A DNA stretch of 54,168 bases, from positions 1 through 54,168 of the forward strand of contig DAOWBV010000001.1 of assembly GCA_030633885.1 (NCBI GenBank). The letters run 5' to 3'. The stretch is from Planctomycetota bacterium. Its GTDB lineage: Bacteria > Planctomycetota > MHYJ01 > JACQXL01 > CAKKQI01. Positions within the stretch are counted from its first letter, which is position 1, and the number at the start of each line of letters is the position of its first letter. The notes beneath the pieces were generated by a model. The model was not told where the DNA came from. It saw only the letters and a list, made by a program, of their open reading frames with translations, and ran no database searches. The position numbers and the translations under genes are program-made. Positions 36,243-45,514 of this stretch are shown piece by piece.

Positions 36243-37129
36243 TCTATATTCTGTACCTGCTCTTTGATCTTTTCAATAGTGTTTTTCAGGTTAACCGCCT
36301 GCAGAGAGATCCGGGCATCGTTCGCTTTGGCCGCAATGGTATTAACTTCCCTTAACATCTCCTGCGTTAAAAAATCGAGCTTCTTGCCGATCGGTGTTTC
36401 CACCCCTAAAGAACGGTTAAACTCAGCGATATGAGAACGGAGCCGGTGGATCTCTTCGGTAATATCCGATCGCTGGGCAAAAAAAGCGATCTCGTGCGTC
36501 AGGTTCGATTGAAAATGATCATCAAACGTAATCTTGTTCTTCTGAAGTAACCGGGCAATCCGTTTTTGCAGGGAAGCGGCGTGATTCCTGACCACTCGCG
36601 GCTGGTAATATTCGATCAGCTTGACTAAACCGTTCATCCAACTCAAGATCTTCTTCAATTCATTTTTTAACCTGGTCCCTTCCCGCTGCCGCATGCGCCG
36701 AAGATCGACTAATGAATTCTTGATCGTCTTCTGGACCGGCGCCCAGAGCCAGGTCAATCCGGCCGGTGGCCGGTTGGTCTCCATCACGCCGGGCAACCGG
36801 AGAATCGTTTCCAGGGAAACATGATTTTTTAGTTTTAATGATCGCTGTAAGCCTTTCAGTTTCTGATGATAGTATTTGATCACTTTATTATTGAACTCCG
36901 GCAACTTCACCGACTCAGGCAACTCCAACCGGACAACCAGATTAATTGTTCCACGACTGATGAACTGGCGGACCATCCCTTCGATCGTCCGTTCGTGATG
37001 ACTGATCGATTCCGGAACATTGGTCTTAAGGTAAAAAAACTTATGGTTCACGCTCCGCACCTCGGCCTTGACAACCAATCCTTTTTGTTTCAGGCTGGCG
37101 GAACCGTACCCGGTCATACTTTTCAACAT
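36239..37129 (-). CDS. yicC: YicC family stress-induced protein
   Basis: 296-aa ORF with the N-terminal MLKSMTGYG, the C-terminal D..EE..RL.SH...F and KLDFL.QEM.REVNTI..K motifs of YicC/TIGR00255. Confidence 0.9.
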   Translation of the reverse strand: MLKSMTGYGSASLKQKGLVVKAEVRSVNHKFFYLKTNVPESISHHERTIEGMVRQFISRGTINLVVRLELPESVKLPEFNNKVIKYYHQKLKGLQRSLKLKNHVSLETILRLPGVMETNRPPAGLTWLWAPVQKTIKNSLVDLRRMRQREGTRLKNELKKILSWMNGLVKLIEYYQPRVVRNHAASLQKRIARLLQKNKITFDDHFQSNLTHEIAFFAQRSDITEEIHRLRSHIAEFNRSLGVETPIGKKLDFLTQEMLREVNTIAAKANDARISLQAVNLKNTIEKIKEQVQNIE

Positions 37130-37149
37130 AGATTTTTCTTTCTCAAAAG

Positions 37150-37740
37150 TTATTTCAATTTTCGCGACCCGGGTTTAACTAAAGGAATCTTCCCGGTCCG
37201 GCAGAAAGGACAATTTCTTTTATCGTATAACGGCGGGCTGATCTGAAGCAGAGTATTTAACTTCACCCCGGCTAAATGGGTCCGGTTAGCTTTTCCGCGG
37301 TTGACCAGCGCGGCCACCCCCATCACCCGGGCCCGTAACTTTTTTATCACCCGGACCACTTCTTTAACGGATCCGCCGGTCGTGACCACGTCTTCGACCA
37401 CCAGTACCCGTTCGCCCGGTTTAACGGTAAACCCGCGCCGGAGGACCATGGTCCCCACCCGTTCCAGGTAAATCGCCCGGGCATTGAGGATCCGGGCCAC
37501 TTCGTACGCCATGATGATCCCGCCCACGGCCGGGGCGGCGACCACGTCAATCTTCGACTGGCGTCGGCTGGACCAGGGACGCACCATCTGTCCGGCTAAC
37601 CGGGCCAACACCCGCGGCTGTTCAAGCACCCGCGCACATTGCACGTAAGTATTACTGTGTAAACCAGAAGTTAACAGGAAATGACCGGATTGAACGGCCT
37701 TTAAACGATAAAATAATTTTTTAATCTCAGGCTTTTTCAT
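37150..37740 (-). CDS. pyrE: orotate phosphoribosyltransferase
   Basis: 196-aa ORF with G.F.L.SG..S..Y and the PRPP-binding VLVVEDVVTTGGS motif. Confidence 0.9.
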   Translation of the reverse strand: MKKPEIKKLFYRLKAVQSGHFLLTSGLHSNTYVQCARVLEQPRVLARLAGQMVRPWSSRRQSKIDVVAAPAVGGIIMAYEVARILNARAIYLERVGTMVLRRGFTVKPGERVLVVEDVVTTGGSVKEVVRVIKKLRARVMGVAALVNRGKANRTHLAGVKLNTLLQISPPLYDKRNCPFCRTGKIPLVKPGSRKLK

Positions 37741-38165
37741 TCAGTTTTTTCAGGTTGCTCCGATGTTTTCCCTTCAGCCGGTGGTGGCGGCGGTGTTTCT
37801 TCAACCGGCGGGGCCGTCCCCTGGTCATCCGCGGGTGGTGGTGTTTCAGTCGGTTCTTCCGGTGGGGCCACCGGAGCGGTCGCCGGCGGTTTTTCCGCCT
37901 CGCGATTCATGACGCTCCGGCCTTCTTGTCCAACCGGTACTTTGTTCAATAGAATCGAAAGAACAATAAAAATAATAGCCAGTAAAACAGTGATCTTGGT
38001 CGCGACAGAAACCGTCTTGGTGCCGAAAAACGATTCGCTACCGCCGCCGCCAAACGCGCCGGCCAGACCGCTTTCACTGTGATGCGGCTGCACCAGAATA
38101 ATGATGACCAGTAAAATAGCCACCAGGACAAAAATAACTGATAGAATCGTAAAAATAAAACTCAT
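37737..38165 (-). CDS. secG: preprotein translocase subunit SecG with a Pro-rich C-terminal extension
   Basis: 142-aa ORF with two TM helices flanking the LVQ....GL.GAFGGGGSESFFG SecG signature. About 60 extra Pro/Glu/Thr-rich residues follow. Confidence 0.85.
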   Translation of the reverse strand: MSFIFTILSVIFVLVAILLVIIILVQPHHSESGLAGAFGGGGSESFFGTKTVSVATKITVLLAIIFIVLSILLNKVPVGQEGRSVMNREAEKPPATAPVAPPEEPTETPPPADDQGTAPPVEETPPPPPAEGKTSEQPEKTE

Positions 38166-38230
38166 GATCTAATTACCTCCGTAAAAACTTAGAATATCAT
38201 AAATTATCCGGACAATTCAGAAAATTCCGG

Positions 38231-39121
38231 TTAACGTTTAGTGATTGACCTTATTTTTTCCCGGGCCAGTAATTTTTCCAGGTCCTTAACGATCTTAACC
38301 GGCGCGGCCGGATCGACCAGCGTGGCCGTCCCGATCTGCACGGCCCGGGCGCCGACGGCCATGAATTCCAGCACGTCTTCGGCGGTCATGATCCCACCGA
38401 TCCCCATAACCGGCACTTCTACCGCTTGCGCGACCCGCGCCACTAACCATAAGGCCATCGGTTTGATGGCCGGACCGGACAAACCACCGGTCACGTTCCC
38501 TAACAGGGGTTGACCGGTCCGCCAGTTAACAGCCAACGCCCGAAAGGTATTAACTAAAGAAATAATATCCGCCCCGCCAGCGACGGCTGATCGGGCGATC
38601 TTAACGATGTCCGTAACGTTCGGCGAAAGCTTTACGATCAGCGGACGCCGCGTTGCCCGCCGTACTTTTCGGACAACCTCTTTGGTAGCTGTCCCTGAAA
38701 CACCGATCGTCAATCCGCCCTTCGCGATATTAGGACAGGAAATATTCAACTCCAGCGCGTCGATCCCTTTTTTTCGATCCAGGACCGAAGCGATCTGCTT
38801 GAATTCTTTGGCCGTCTCACCAGCAATACTGACGATCCGCGTGGTTTTCTGTTTTTGTAGCCAAGGTAAATATTCCCGGCAGAAAATTTTCAGGCCCGGG
38901 TTCTCCAACCCGATGGAATTAATCACTCCGGCCGTCGTTTCAACCAGACGCGGCGGCAAATTACCGGCCCGCGGTTCCAGGGTGACACTTTTGGTTACCA
39001 CCCCACCGACCCGCGCCGGCCGAAAGTACCGGCCCAACTCCGGACTAAAAGTACCCGAAGCCAGAACAACCGGATTTTTCAGCTTTAACGGTCCAACGGA
39101 AACTTTCAGATCAGGCAACAC
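38231..39121 (-). CDS. pyrD: dihydroorotate dehydrogenase, class 1 catalytic subunit
   Basis: Motifs are LKNPVVLASGTF, GGVVTKS.T, NSIGLENPG, LELNISCPN, LSPNV and GGI. The longest ORF reaches 39208 but overlaps lspA by 98 nt with an atypical N-terminus. I favour the in-frame GTG at 39121 (M-LPDLKVSVGPLKLKNP), preceded by GGAG. Confidence 0.88.
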   Translation of the reverse strand: MLPDLKVSVGPLKLKNPVVLASGTFSPELGRYFRPARVGGVVTKSVTLEPRAGNLPPRLVETTAGVINSIGLENPGLKIFCREYLPWLQKQKTTRIVSIAGETAKEFKQIASVLDRKKGIDALELNISCPNIAKGGLTIGVSGTATKEVVRKVRRATRRPLIVKLSPNVTDIVKIARSAVAGGADIISLVNTFRALAVNWRTGQPLLGNVTGGLSGPAIKPMALWLVARVAQAVEVPVMGIGGIMTAEDVLEFMAVGARAVQIGTATLVDPAAPVKIVKDLEKLLAREKIRSITKR

Positions 39122-39602
39122 TATGATCTTCCGACTCCTGTTTTTTTTCCGGAATAAACAAACTAACCAAAAGAATAATAACTCCGACGGTAATATAGGT
39201 GTCGGCAATATTAAAAACAGCCCAGTTGATCAGATAAAAATCAAAAAAATCACGGACCGCCCCGTACACGATCCGATCGAAAAGATTCCCAATCGCCCCG
39301 GCCAAAACCAGCCCGAAGGAAACTGTTAACCACCAGTTGATATTTTTTTGCAGCCGGAAAAGCAGAACGATTATCGGAATAGCCAAACCGGACAGAATCA
39401 GAAACAGAATGTTATTACCCGGAAATAACCCCCAGACGATCCCTTCGTTAGTCACCCAGCGCAAACCGAAAACACCGGGAATCAAGTCAAGTATCCGGCC
39501 CGGCTGATCTTTCAAGATAACAAAAGCACCTGATTTAGAAACCAGATCAAGCACCGCTCCGGTTAAAGCGATAAGAAAGAAGGCGAGTCGATATTTCTTC
39601 AT
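39111..39602 (-). CDS. lspA: lipoprotein signal peptidase (signal peptidase II)
   Basis: 163-aa ORF with four TM helices, the catalytic Asp motifs N.G..WG and GA.GNLFDR...G.V.DF, and FNIAD. Confidence 0.92.
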   Translation of the reverse strand: MKKYRLAFFLIALTGAVLDLVSKSGAFVILKDQPGRILDLIPGVFGLRWVTNEGIVWGLFPGNNILFLILSGLAIPIIVLLFRLQKNINWWLTVSFGLVLAGAIGNLFDRIVYGAVRDFFDFYLINWAVFNIADTYITVGVIILLVSLFIPEKKQESEDHSVA

Positions 39603-39680
39603 AAAATATTATGGTCTCACCCCGAACCGGGCATCCGGAGCGTGGATCGATCGAGCGGTCCCCGTCAATGGGAGTCTGAC

Positions 39681-40172
39681 TTATTCGCTCTCTTCTTTTT
39701 CTTTACAACTGATGCACAACCGAGCGTAGGGGATGGCGTCGAGCCGTTTGGTGGGGATATATTTGGAACATTTGTCACAGACACCATAAGTCTTATCCGT
39801 GATCCGTTCCAAGGCAGAATCGATCTCACGAAGTTCCTGGTCTTCGTTTTCGATCAGGCCTAACGTGAAATCCTGTTCGAAATTATCAGTGCCGACATCG
39901 GCAATGTGAATCGGCACGTTAGAAAGGTCGCCCGAAGCTTCCTTTCTGGATTTTTTCAGAGCTTCCTCTTCCATCTGGGCAACGTTACTCTTTAATAGTC
40001 TTCGCCGGTTCAGCAAAGCGTTTTTGAATTTATTTAAAGATTTAACTGCTAATTTAGTCTTTACTTGCCGAAGCGGTGTTACATCCAGTGACTCCGGTTT
40101 AATTTTTTTCCGGACGACCTGACTTTTGGTCCGACGGACCTTCTTTTTAATGCTTTTCTTACGCTTGACCAT
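39681..40172 (-). CDS. DksA/TraR family C4-type zinc-finger protein with a long basic N-terminal extension
   Basis: 163-aa ORF. The C-terminal CDKCSKYIPTKRLDAIPYARLCISCK is the DksA/TraR four-Cys finger, preceded by a coiled-coil region. The first 40 or so residues are Lys/Arg-rich. Confidence 0.8.
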   Translation of the reverse strand: MVKRKKSIKKKVRRTKSQVVRKKIKPESLDVTPLRQVKTKLAVKSLNKFKNALLNRRRLLKSNVAQMEEEALKKSRKEASGDLSNVPIHIADVGTDNFEQDFTLGLIENEDQELREIDSALERITDKTYGVCDKCSKYIPTKRLDAIPYARLCISCKEKEESE

Positions 40173-40193
40173 AATTCCCCTCTTTTACCTCTA

Positions 40194-40305
40194 CCCCGTT
40201 AGAGACCTACTGCAACCGTTACGTCGGAGTAGATCACCTTGAAATATATGCCTGTTAATCGTAATTTCAACTTTTGACCATTCTGAAAACCCGTCTCTAA
40301 CGGGG
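40194..40305 (-). mobile_element. MITE-like TIR element, copy in the rpmC-dksA spacer
   Basis: CCCCGTTAGAGAC (40194-206) and GTCTCTAACGGGG (40293-305). The right end is 1 nt from the rpmC stop codon (40307-09). Flanks TCTA and CTTA are only approximately duplicated. The subterminal hairpin (CTACT...AGTAG) has a different sequence but the same position. Confidence 0.7.
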
Positions 40306-40306
40306 C

Positions 40307-40525
40307 TTACGCTTTCTTTTCAGCGGCCGCGGGTGGGGAAAAAGAACGTTCTTTGATTACCGTCTTCATCCGGGCGATCTCTTTTTTAAGCTCCCGCACC
40401 AGGCTTGGATTCTCGACAATATCGGTCACTTGACGAAAACGTAACTTGAATAGCTCTTCTTTTAATTTGGCTATTTCCGCCTTTAGTTCTTCGTCGGTTT
40501 TCGCGCGAATATCTTTTATTTTCAT
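40307..40525 (-). CDS. rpmC: 50S ribosomal protein L29
   Basis: 72-aa ORF with IRAKTDEELKAEIAKLKEELFKLRFRQ, the typical L29 sequence. Last gene of the S10-type cluster here. Confidence 0.93.
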   Translation of the reverse strand: MKIKDIRAKTDEELKAEIAKLKEELFKLRFRQVTDIVENPSLVRELKKEIARMKTVIKERSFSPPAAAEKKA

Positions 40526-40938
40526 TATAGTTGTTCCCGTTTAACCATTTTCATCCGGAAAGGCATCTTGTGGGTCACGCCGCACAACACTTCCCGCGCC
40601 AGGTTCTCGTCAATGCCACTGACTTCATACAGGATCTGACCCGGCCGGATGACTGCGGCGTAAAATTCCGGCTCGCCTTTACCTTTACCCATCCTCGTTT
40701 CGGCCGGTTTGGCCGTCACTGATTTATGAGGAAAAATACGGACCCAGGCTTTACCTTTGGTAGCCATCGTATGACTCATAGCCACCCGGCCCGCCTCGAT
40801 CTGCCGGGCACTCAACCAGCCGGAACCCAGGGACATCAAGCCGTAATCACCAAAGGCGACTTTATTTCCCCTGGTCGCCGGCCCCTTTATTTTCCCCCGC
40901 TGGGACTTGCGGTACTTTATCCTTTTCGGCATTAACAT
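40525..40938 (-). CDS. rplP: 50S ribosomal protein L16
   Basis: 137-aa ORF starting MLMPKRIKYRK.QRG, with the conserved L16 core. Confidence 0.96.
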   Translation of the reverse strand: MLMPKRIKYRKSQRGKIKGPATRGNKVAFGDYGLMSLGSGWLSARQIEAGRVAMSHTMATKGKAWVRIFPHKSVTAKPAETRMGKGKGEPEFYAAVIRPGQILYEVSGIDENLAREVLCGVTHKMPFRMKMVKREQL

Positions 40939-41602
40939 CGGGTTTGAACTCCTTGAGTTTAGCTTTTTTCTTAGCCTCTATTTTTTCACCTGTATAGATC
41001 CAGACCTTGACCCCGATCGTGCCCTTGTTCAGAACGGCCGTGGCCAGAGCGTAATCAATCTCTGCCCTTAAAGTATGCAACGGTACTTTCCCTTTAAGGA
41101 ATTTTTCTTTACGGGCGATTTCGGCTCCGCCGATCCGGCCCGATAAAAGTATTTTGACCCCCTCGGCCCCGGCCGCCAGCACCGTTTCGACCGCTTTTTT
41201 TATGGTCCGCCGGAACGAGGACCGCTTTTCTAACTGCTCGGTGATCGATTCGGCGATCAACTGCGCGCTTAATTCCGGACGTTCCACTTCAATGATCTTC
41301 AAATCGACCGGCGAATTGACCAGTTGCACCAAATCATCGGTCAATTTATTCACCTTGGCTCCCCGTCGTCCGATGATCACGCCCGGCCGGGCGGCGTGAA
41401 TAATAACCGTGGTCTTCTCTCGGGTCCGTTCAATCACGATCTCTTTGATCCCGGCAAAGCTGTAGTCCTTTTTAACGAATTTCCTGATCTTCTGATCTTC
41501 GACAGCTAATCGGCCATAATCTTTTTTCGTGGCATACCAGCGTGAACTCCAAGTGCGGGTAATGCCGAGTCTGAAAGAAATCGGTGATACTTTTTGACCC
41601 AC
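40862..41602 (-). CDS. rpsC: 30S ribosomal protein S3 with a C-terminal extension overlapping rplP
   Basis: 246-aa ORF with MGQKVSPISFRLGI and the KH plus S3-C domains. The last 25 or so residues are read in an alternative frame across the first 77 nt of rplP. Confidence 0.95.
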   Translation of the reverse strand: MGQKVSPISFRLGITRTWSSRWYATKKDYGRLAVEDQKIRKFVKKDYSFAGIKEIVIERTREKTTVIIHAARPGVIIGRRGAKVNKLTDDLVQLVNSPVDLKIIEVERPELSAQLIAESITEQLEKRSSFRRTIKKAVETVLAAGAEGVKILLSGRIGGAEIARKEKFLKGKVPLHTLRAEIDYALATAVLNKGTIGVKVWIYTGEKIEAKKKAKLKEFKPDVNAEKDKVPQVPAGENKGAGDQGK

Positions 41603-41661
41603 GTTAGTTTTGCTCCTTTAATAAACATATAACTTAGTTTCGCTAAGTTATATCCTCATTA

Positions 41662-42177
41662 CTATTTTGATTTTTTTGTTTTCGAACTACTTTTATCAGA
41701 AGCCGGTTTGGCCGGGGCCGCTTTCTTGGCCGCCGGTTCGACTGGCTTGACTTTTTTCTTTTCCGCGCCCGCCATCGCCGCTTTATCCTTCGGCGTTTCA
41801 ACCTTCCGGGCCTTGCCTTTTTTGACCGGCGCCGTCTTGGCTTTCTTGTGTTCCGTCAAACCAATCGTTACGTGACTGGTCCGTTTCTGGATCGGTGCGG
41901 CGCGGCCCATGGCCGCCGCTTTAAATCTTTTGAGGATCGGGCCGTCCCCGACCATGATCAAATTGATATATAGCTGTTCCACGTTCACGTCCGGGTTCTG
42001 AGAAGCATTAGCCACGGCCGAACGCAGAAGTTTCTGCAAAAACACCGCGCCCCGCCGGTTGGAAAAATGCAAATCATCCAGGGCCTGGTTAACATTCTTG
42101 CCCCGGATCAAGTCGGCCACTAACCGCATTTTCCGGGCTGATATCCGTGCGTAACGTAACCTCGCTGAATATTCCAT
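41662..42177 (-). CDS. rplV: 50S ribosomal protein L22 with a Lys/Ala-rich C-terminal tail
   Basis: 171-aa ORF with the L22 core (RISARKMRLVADLIRGK.V..AL..L.F) and a basic tail of about 55 residues. Confidence 0.95.
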   Translation of the reverse strand: MEYSARLRYARISARKMRLVADLIRGKNVNQALDDLHFSNRRGAVFLQKLLRSAVANASQNPDVNVEQLYINLIMVGDGPILKRFKAAAMGRAAPIQKRTSHVTIGLTEHKKAKTAPVKKGKARKVETPKDKAAMAGAEKKKVKPVEPAAKKAAPAKPASDKSSSKTKKSK

Positions 42178-42188
42178 AACTTTTACCT

Positions 42189-42488
42189 TTAACTGGGTCC
42201 GCTTCTGGACGCACTTTCCTCAGTCTTCCTAATACCCGGATGGCCGCGAAAAAAACGAGTCGGAGCGAATTCACCTAACTTATGGCCGACCATATCTTCG
42301 GTGACAAAAACTTTCAAAAACTTGTTGCCATTATGCACCATGAAAGTGTGCGAAATGAATTCCGGGATGATCGTGCAACTCCGGGCCCAGGTCTTGATCG
42401 GCTCGTGCCCGCCCGAATCTTTCTGCTTGTTCACCTTCTTGAGCAATTTCACGTCAACGTAAGGACCTTTTTTTGCTGATCTCGACAT
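42189..42488 (-). CDS. rpsS: 30S ribosomal protein S19
   Basis: 99-aa ORF with [32 protein letters not shown]. Confidence 0.96.
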   Translation of the reverse strand: MSRSAKKGPYVDVKLLKKVNKQKDSGGHEPIKTWARSCTIIPEFISHTFMVHNGNKFLKVFVTEDMVGHKLGEFAPTRFFRGHPGIRKTEESASRSGPS

Positions 42489-42517
42489 TTTTTTTCCTTA
42501 AATCAAATTTTTGTCCG

Positions 42518-43348
42518 CTATCTCCCTTTACGTTTCCGGACAATAAAAATATTACTGTGCTTGTTCCTCTTGCGGGTCTTGCCGCCTTTGGCCAGTTTCC
42601 CGGTTGGGGAGCAGGGGTGCCGCCCACCGCCGCGTCGACCTTCACCGCCGCCCATCGGATGGGCGACCGGGTTCATGGCCGAGCCGCGGACCGTCGGCCG
42701 GATACCGCGCCAGCGAGAACGTCCGGCCTTGCCCCACCAGATCTTGTTCCAGTCAATGTTCGATAGCTGGCCAATCGTCGCTTTGCAGTTCTGGTCGACT
42801 TTCCGGATCTCGCCGCTGGGCAATAATACGTGCACATACTTACCTTCTTTAGCCATGATCTGACCGAAACTACCCGCGCTGCGAATCAACTGGCCGCCTT
42901 TTTTTAATTTTAACTCCAAGTTATGGACTAACATCCCCAGGGGAATATTTTTTAACGGCATACAATTGCCGGTTTTCGGTTCTACTTTTTCTCCGGCCAG
43001 AACGATCTCGCCCACCTGCAGTTCCTTCGGAGCCAGGATGTAACGACGTTCGCCATCCTGATAACACAGTAAAGCGATAAAACAAGTCCGGTTCGGATCG
43101 TACTCAATGGACTCCACCCGGGCCGTGATATCAACCTTATTTCGCTTGAAATCGATCCGGCGATACTGGTTTTTATTGCCCCCGCCAATGTGCCGGCAAG
43201 TGATCCGGCCCTGATTGTTTCGCCCGCCAGTCTTGCTCAACGGTTCGATCAGGCTCGGTTCCGGTCTTTTCTTCGTCAATTCTCGGTAATCGACGACACT
43301 CGCGAAGCGCCGGGCCGGACTGGTTGGTTTATATTGTTTTACTGGCAT
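42518..43348 (-). CDS. rplB: 50S ribosomal protein L2
   Basis: 276-aa ORF with GRNN.GRIT.RH.GGG.K..YR.IDF and [15 protein letters not shown] motifs. Confidence 0.97.
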   Translation of the reverse strand: MPVKQYKPTSPARRFASVVDYRELTKKRPEPSLIEPLSKTGGRNNQGRITCRHIGGGNKNQYRRIDFKRNKVDITARVESIEYDPNRTCFIALLCYQDGERRYILAPKELQVGEIVLAGEKVEPKTGNCMPLKNIPLGMLVHNLELKLKKGGQLIRSAGSFGQIMAKEGKYVHVLLPSGEIRKVDQNCKATIGQLSNIDWNKIWWGKAGRSRWRGIRPTVRGSAMNPVAHPMGGGEGRRGGGRHPCSPTGKLAKGGKTRKRNKHSNIFIVRKRKGR

Positions 43349-43363
43349 ATATTTAACCGATCC

Positions 43364-43651
43364 CTAAATAACATCTATCCGGTGCCCTTCCTTCAAAGTC
43401 ACCATCGCTTTTTTCCAACCGGGCTTTGTACCCATCATCATCCGGTACCTTTTCGGCTTCCCCTTAAGATTAAGGGTCCGGACCTTTTCCACTTTGACCG
43501 AAAAAATACTTTCGATCGCTTTCTTTATTTCCGGTTTATTCGCCTGACCGCTGACCCGAAAACCATAGGTGCGGGCCTGTTCAGCCCCCTTCATTACCTT
43601 TTCGGTTACCAGCGGCTTGATAATAATATCATGAGCGGTTTGCAGTTTCAT
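43364..43651 (-). CDS. rplW: 50S ribosomal protein L23
   Basis: 95-aa ORF with IIKPLVTEK, F.V...A.K.EIK.A.E..F.VKV..V.T, the typical L23 sequence. Confidence 0.95.
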   Translation of the reverse strand: MKLQTAHDIIIKPLVTEKVMKGAEQARTYGFRVSGQANKPEIKKAIESIFSVKVEKVRTLNLKGKPKRYRMMMGTKPGWKKAMVTLKEGHRIDVI

Positions 43652-43653
43652 TT

Positions 43654-44292
43654 TTATTTACCTTTGGCCTCCTGGCGCTGGTCCATCAATGACTGCAGAG
43701 CTTCTTTGGTCAACAATAATCTCTGGTATTTCAGGACGTCGTAAGCGTTCAGGTCGCAAACCCGTTTCAGCAAAGTCCCCCGTATATTTCGCGTGGAGAT
43801 ATGCAGGTTACGATGCTCGCCTTTAACACCGATCAGGCAGGTCTCTTTGATCCCAATATTTTTCAGAACGCTGACGACCTCTTTCGTCTTCGCTTTTTCG
43901 GCCGTTAACGTATCGATCACCAGAGTCTCTTTATCCTGAAATTTGGAAAGGAGGGCCGAATTCAAAGCACTCCGTTTCATTTTTTTCGGCATCGAGTAAG
44001 AGTAATCGCGCGGGTGCGGACCGAAAACAATGCCGCCGTGCCGCCAGATTGGTGACCGGACGGTCCCGACCCGGGCGCGGCCAGTACCTTTCTGTTTCCA
44101 AGGTTTCTTAGAACTGCCTTTAACTTCACTGCGCCGTTTGGTTGAAGCCGTCCCGGACCGCTGGTTCGCTTCGTACATGACGATCACGTCACGCAGCAAC
44201 TTGGCCCGGACCTTACTCCCGAAAAGGGCTTCGTCCACTTTAACTTTATCGACCTTTTTGCCTTCTTTATTGTAAACAGCTAATTCTAACAT
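43654..44292 (-). CDS. rplD: 50S ribosomal protein L4
   Basis: 212-aa ORF with ...GTASTK.R.EV.GS.KKPW.QKGTGRAR.G..RSP.WR.GG..FGP motifs. Confidence 0.96.
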   Translation of the reverse strand: MLELAVYNKEGKKVDKVKVDEALFGSKVRAKLLRDVIVMYEANQRSGTASTKRRSEVKGSSKKPWKQKGTGRARVGTVRSPIWRHGGIVFGPHPRDYSYSMPKKMKRSALNSALLSKFQDKETLVIDTLTAEKAKTKEVVSVLKNIGIKETCLIGVKGEHRNLHISTRNIRGTLLKRVCDLNAYDVLKYQRLLLTKEALQSLMDQRQEAKGK

Positions 44293-44295
44293 AAT

Positions 44296-45006
44296 TTATT
44301 TTCTCTGCCCATGAACGCTTTTTTTCTTGGTCTCGGCCTTAGGCGGTGCAGGACGAACCAAGTTCGTCTTGTGCACAACTACGTAACCGCCGTTCGGACC
44401 GGCCACGGCGCCTCTGACCAGCATAATATTTTTATCTTTGTCGATCCGGATAACTTCCAGATTGAGAACCTTCACGGACTCAACCCCGTAATGACCGGGC
44501 ATGTGTTTCCCGGGCCGGATATGGGTCAACCGCGTATCCGAACCGGTACTGCCGATCTCGCGAACGTTATTGGAACCGTGCGTTTCCTTACCCCGGGATT
44601 TATTCCATCGTTTGATCATGCCCGCAAAACCGCGGCCCTTGGTCACGCCGGTCACGCTCACTTTATAGATCCCGTCAAAAATATCGACCTTGAGCTGGTC
44701 GCCTAATTTAAATTTTTCCAGCTCTTTGGATCCGGTTTCGCCATCCGCGAAACGGACCTCACGGATCACCCGCTGGGGATGTTCAATCTTGGATTTTTTC
44801 AGATGGCCGGCCATGGGTTTCTTTAGGTTCTTCTTTTTGCCCGCGCCGAAGCCCACCTGAACCGCGTTATAACCGTCGGTCTTGTCAGTTTTTATCTGCA
44901 GGACCGGGCAGGGACCCACTTCCAGTACCGTCACCGGTACCACGTCGCCGTTTTCGGCGAATACCTGGGTCATCCCGATCTTTTTTCCTAATAGTTCAGT
45001 GACCAT
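44296..45006 (-). CDS. rplC: 50S ribosomal protein L3
   Basis: 236-aa ORF with LLGKKIGMTQVF and GVTKGRGFAG..KRW motifs. Confidence 0.96.
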   Translation of the reverse strand: MVTELLGKKIGMTQVFAENGDVVPVTVLEVGPCPVLQIKTDKTDGYNAVQVGFGAGKKKNLKKPMAGHLKKSKIEHPQRVIREVRFADGETGSKELEKFKLGDQLKVDIFDGIYKVSVTGVTKGRGFAGMIKRWNKSRGKETHGSNNVREIGSTGSDTRLTHIRPGKHMPGHYGVESVKVLNLEVIRIDKDKNIMLVRGAVAGPNGGYVVVHKTNLVRPAPPKAETKKKSVHGQRK

Positions 45007-45072
45007 CTTTAAATCCTTCGTTTCCTGCCCCGAAATCTTTCGGGGCGCTCAGGATGACAACTTCGTTGTCAC

Positions 45073-45381
45073 CTATGCTTTAATCCTGATATCCACGCCC
45101 GCGGGCATGTTTAGGTTCTTCAGGGCATCGATCGTTTTCGCGGTCGGTTCGGTCAAATCGATCAAACGCTTGTGGATCCGGATCTCGAACTGTTCCCGTG
45201 ATTTCTTATCCACGTGCGGTGACCGTAAAACCGTGTATCGCTCTATTTTGGTCGGTAGCGGAATCGGCCCGCAAACCCGGGCTCCGGTCCGCTTGGCCGT
45301 GTTAATGATCTCGCTCACGGACTTATCCAGAACTTTGTGATCGTAAGCCTCGATCCGGATCCTGATTTTCTGGTCTGCCAT
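45073..45381 (-). CDS. rpsJ: 30S ribosomal protein S10
   Basis: 102-aa ORF with [16 protein letters not shown]...I...A.RTGA...GPIPLPT and [21 protein letters not shown] motifs. Confidence 0.97.
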   Translation of the reverse strand: MADQKIRIRIEAYDHKVLDKSVSEIINTAKRTGARVCGPIPLPTKIERYTVLRSPHVDKKSREQFEIRIHKRLIDLTEPTAKTIDALKNLNMPAGVDIRIKA

Positions 45382-45435
45382 TGCTTGATTTTATCTCCGC
45401 AATTAAATTAATCCAGTCCTGGGACGAAACTTCTT

Positions 45436-45463
45436 ATTTTAGTAATAAATCAAATATTGTCAA
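45436..45463 (-). promoter_or_regulatory. candidate sigma70-type promoter of the S10 operon
   Basis: On the minus strand, TTGACA (45463-58), a 16-nt spacer and TAAAAT (45441-36), about 50 nt upstream of the rpsJ ATG. An A/T-rich tract lies upstream. Confidence 0.5.
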
Positions 45464-45514
45464 TAAAAAAGGGTGTTTTTAAAAAAAAATTTAGGGGTGA
45501 ATAAGAGGGATTTA

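Noticed and set aside
38607-39329. A 240-aa plus-strand ORF overlaps pyrD and lspA. There are similar long shadows at 16169-16768 (-), 32039-32839 (+) and 43190-43744 (+).
   Set aside because: Each is antisense to a gene with strong family motifs, has Ser/Arg/Pro-rich composition and has no independent support.
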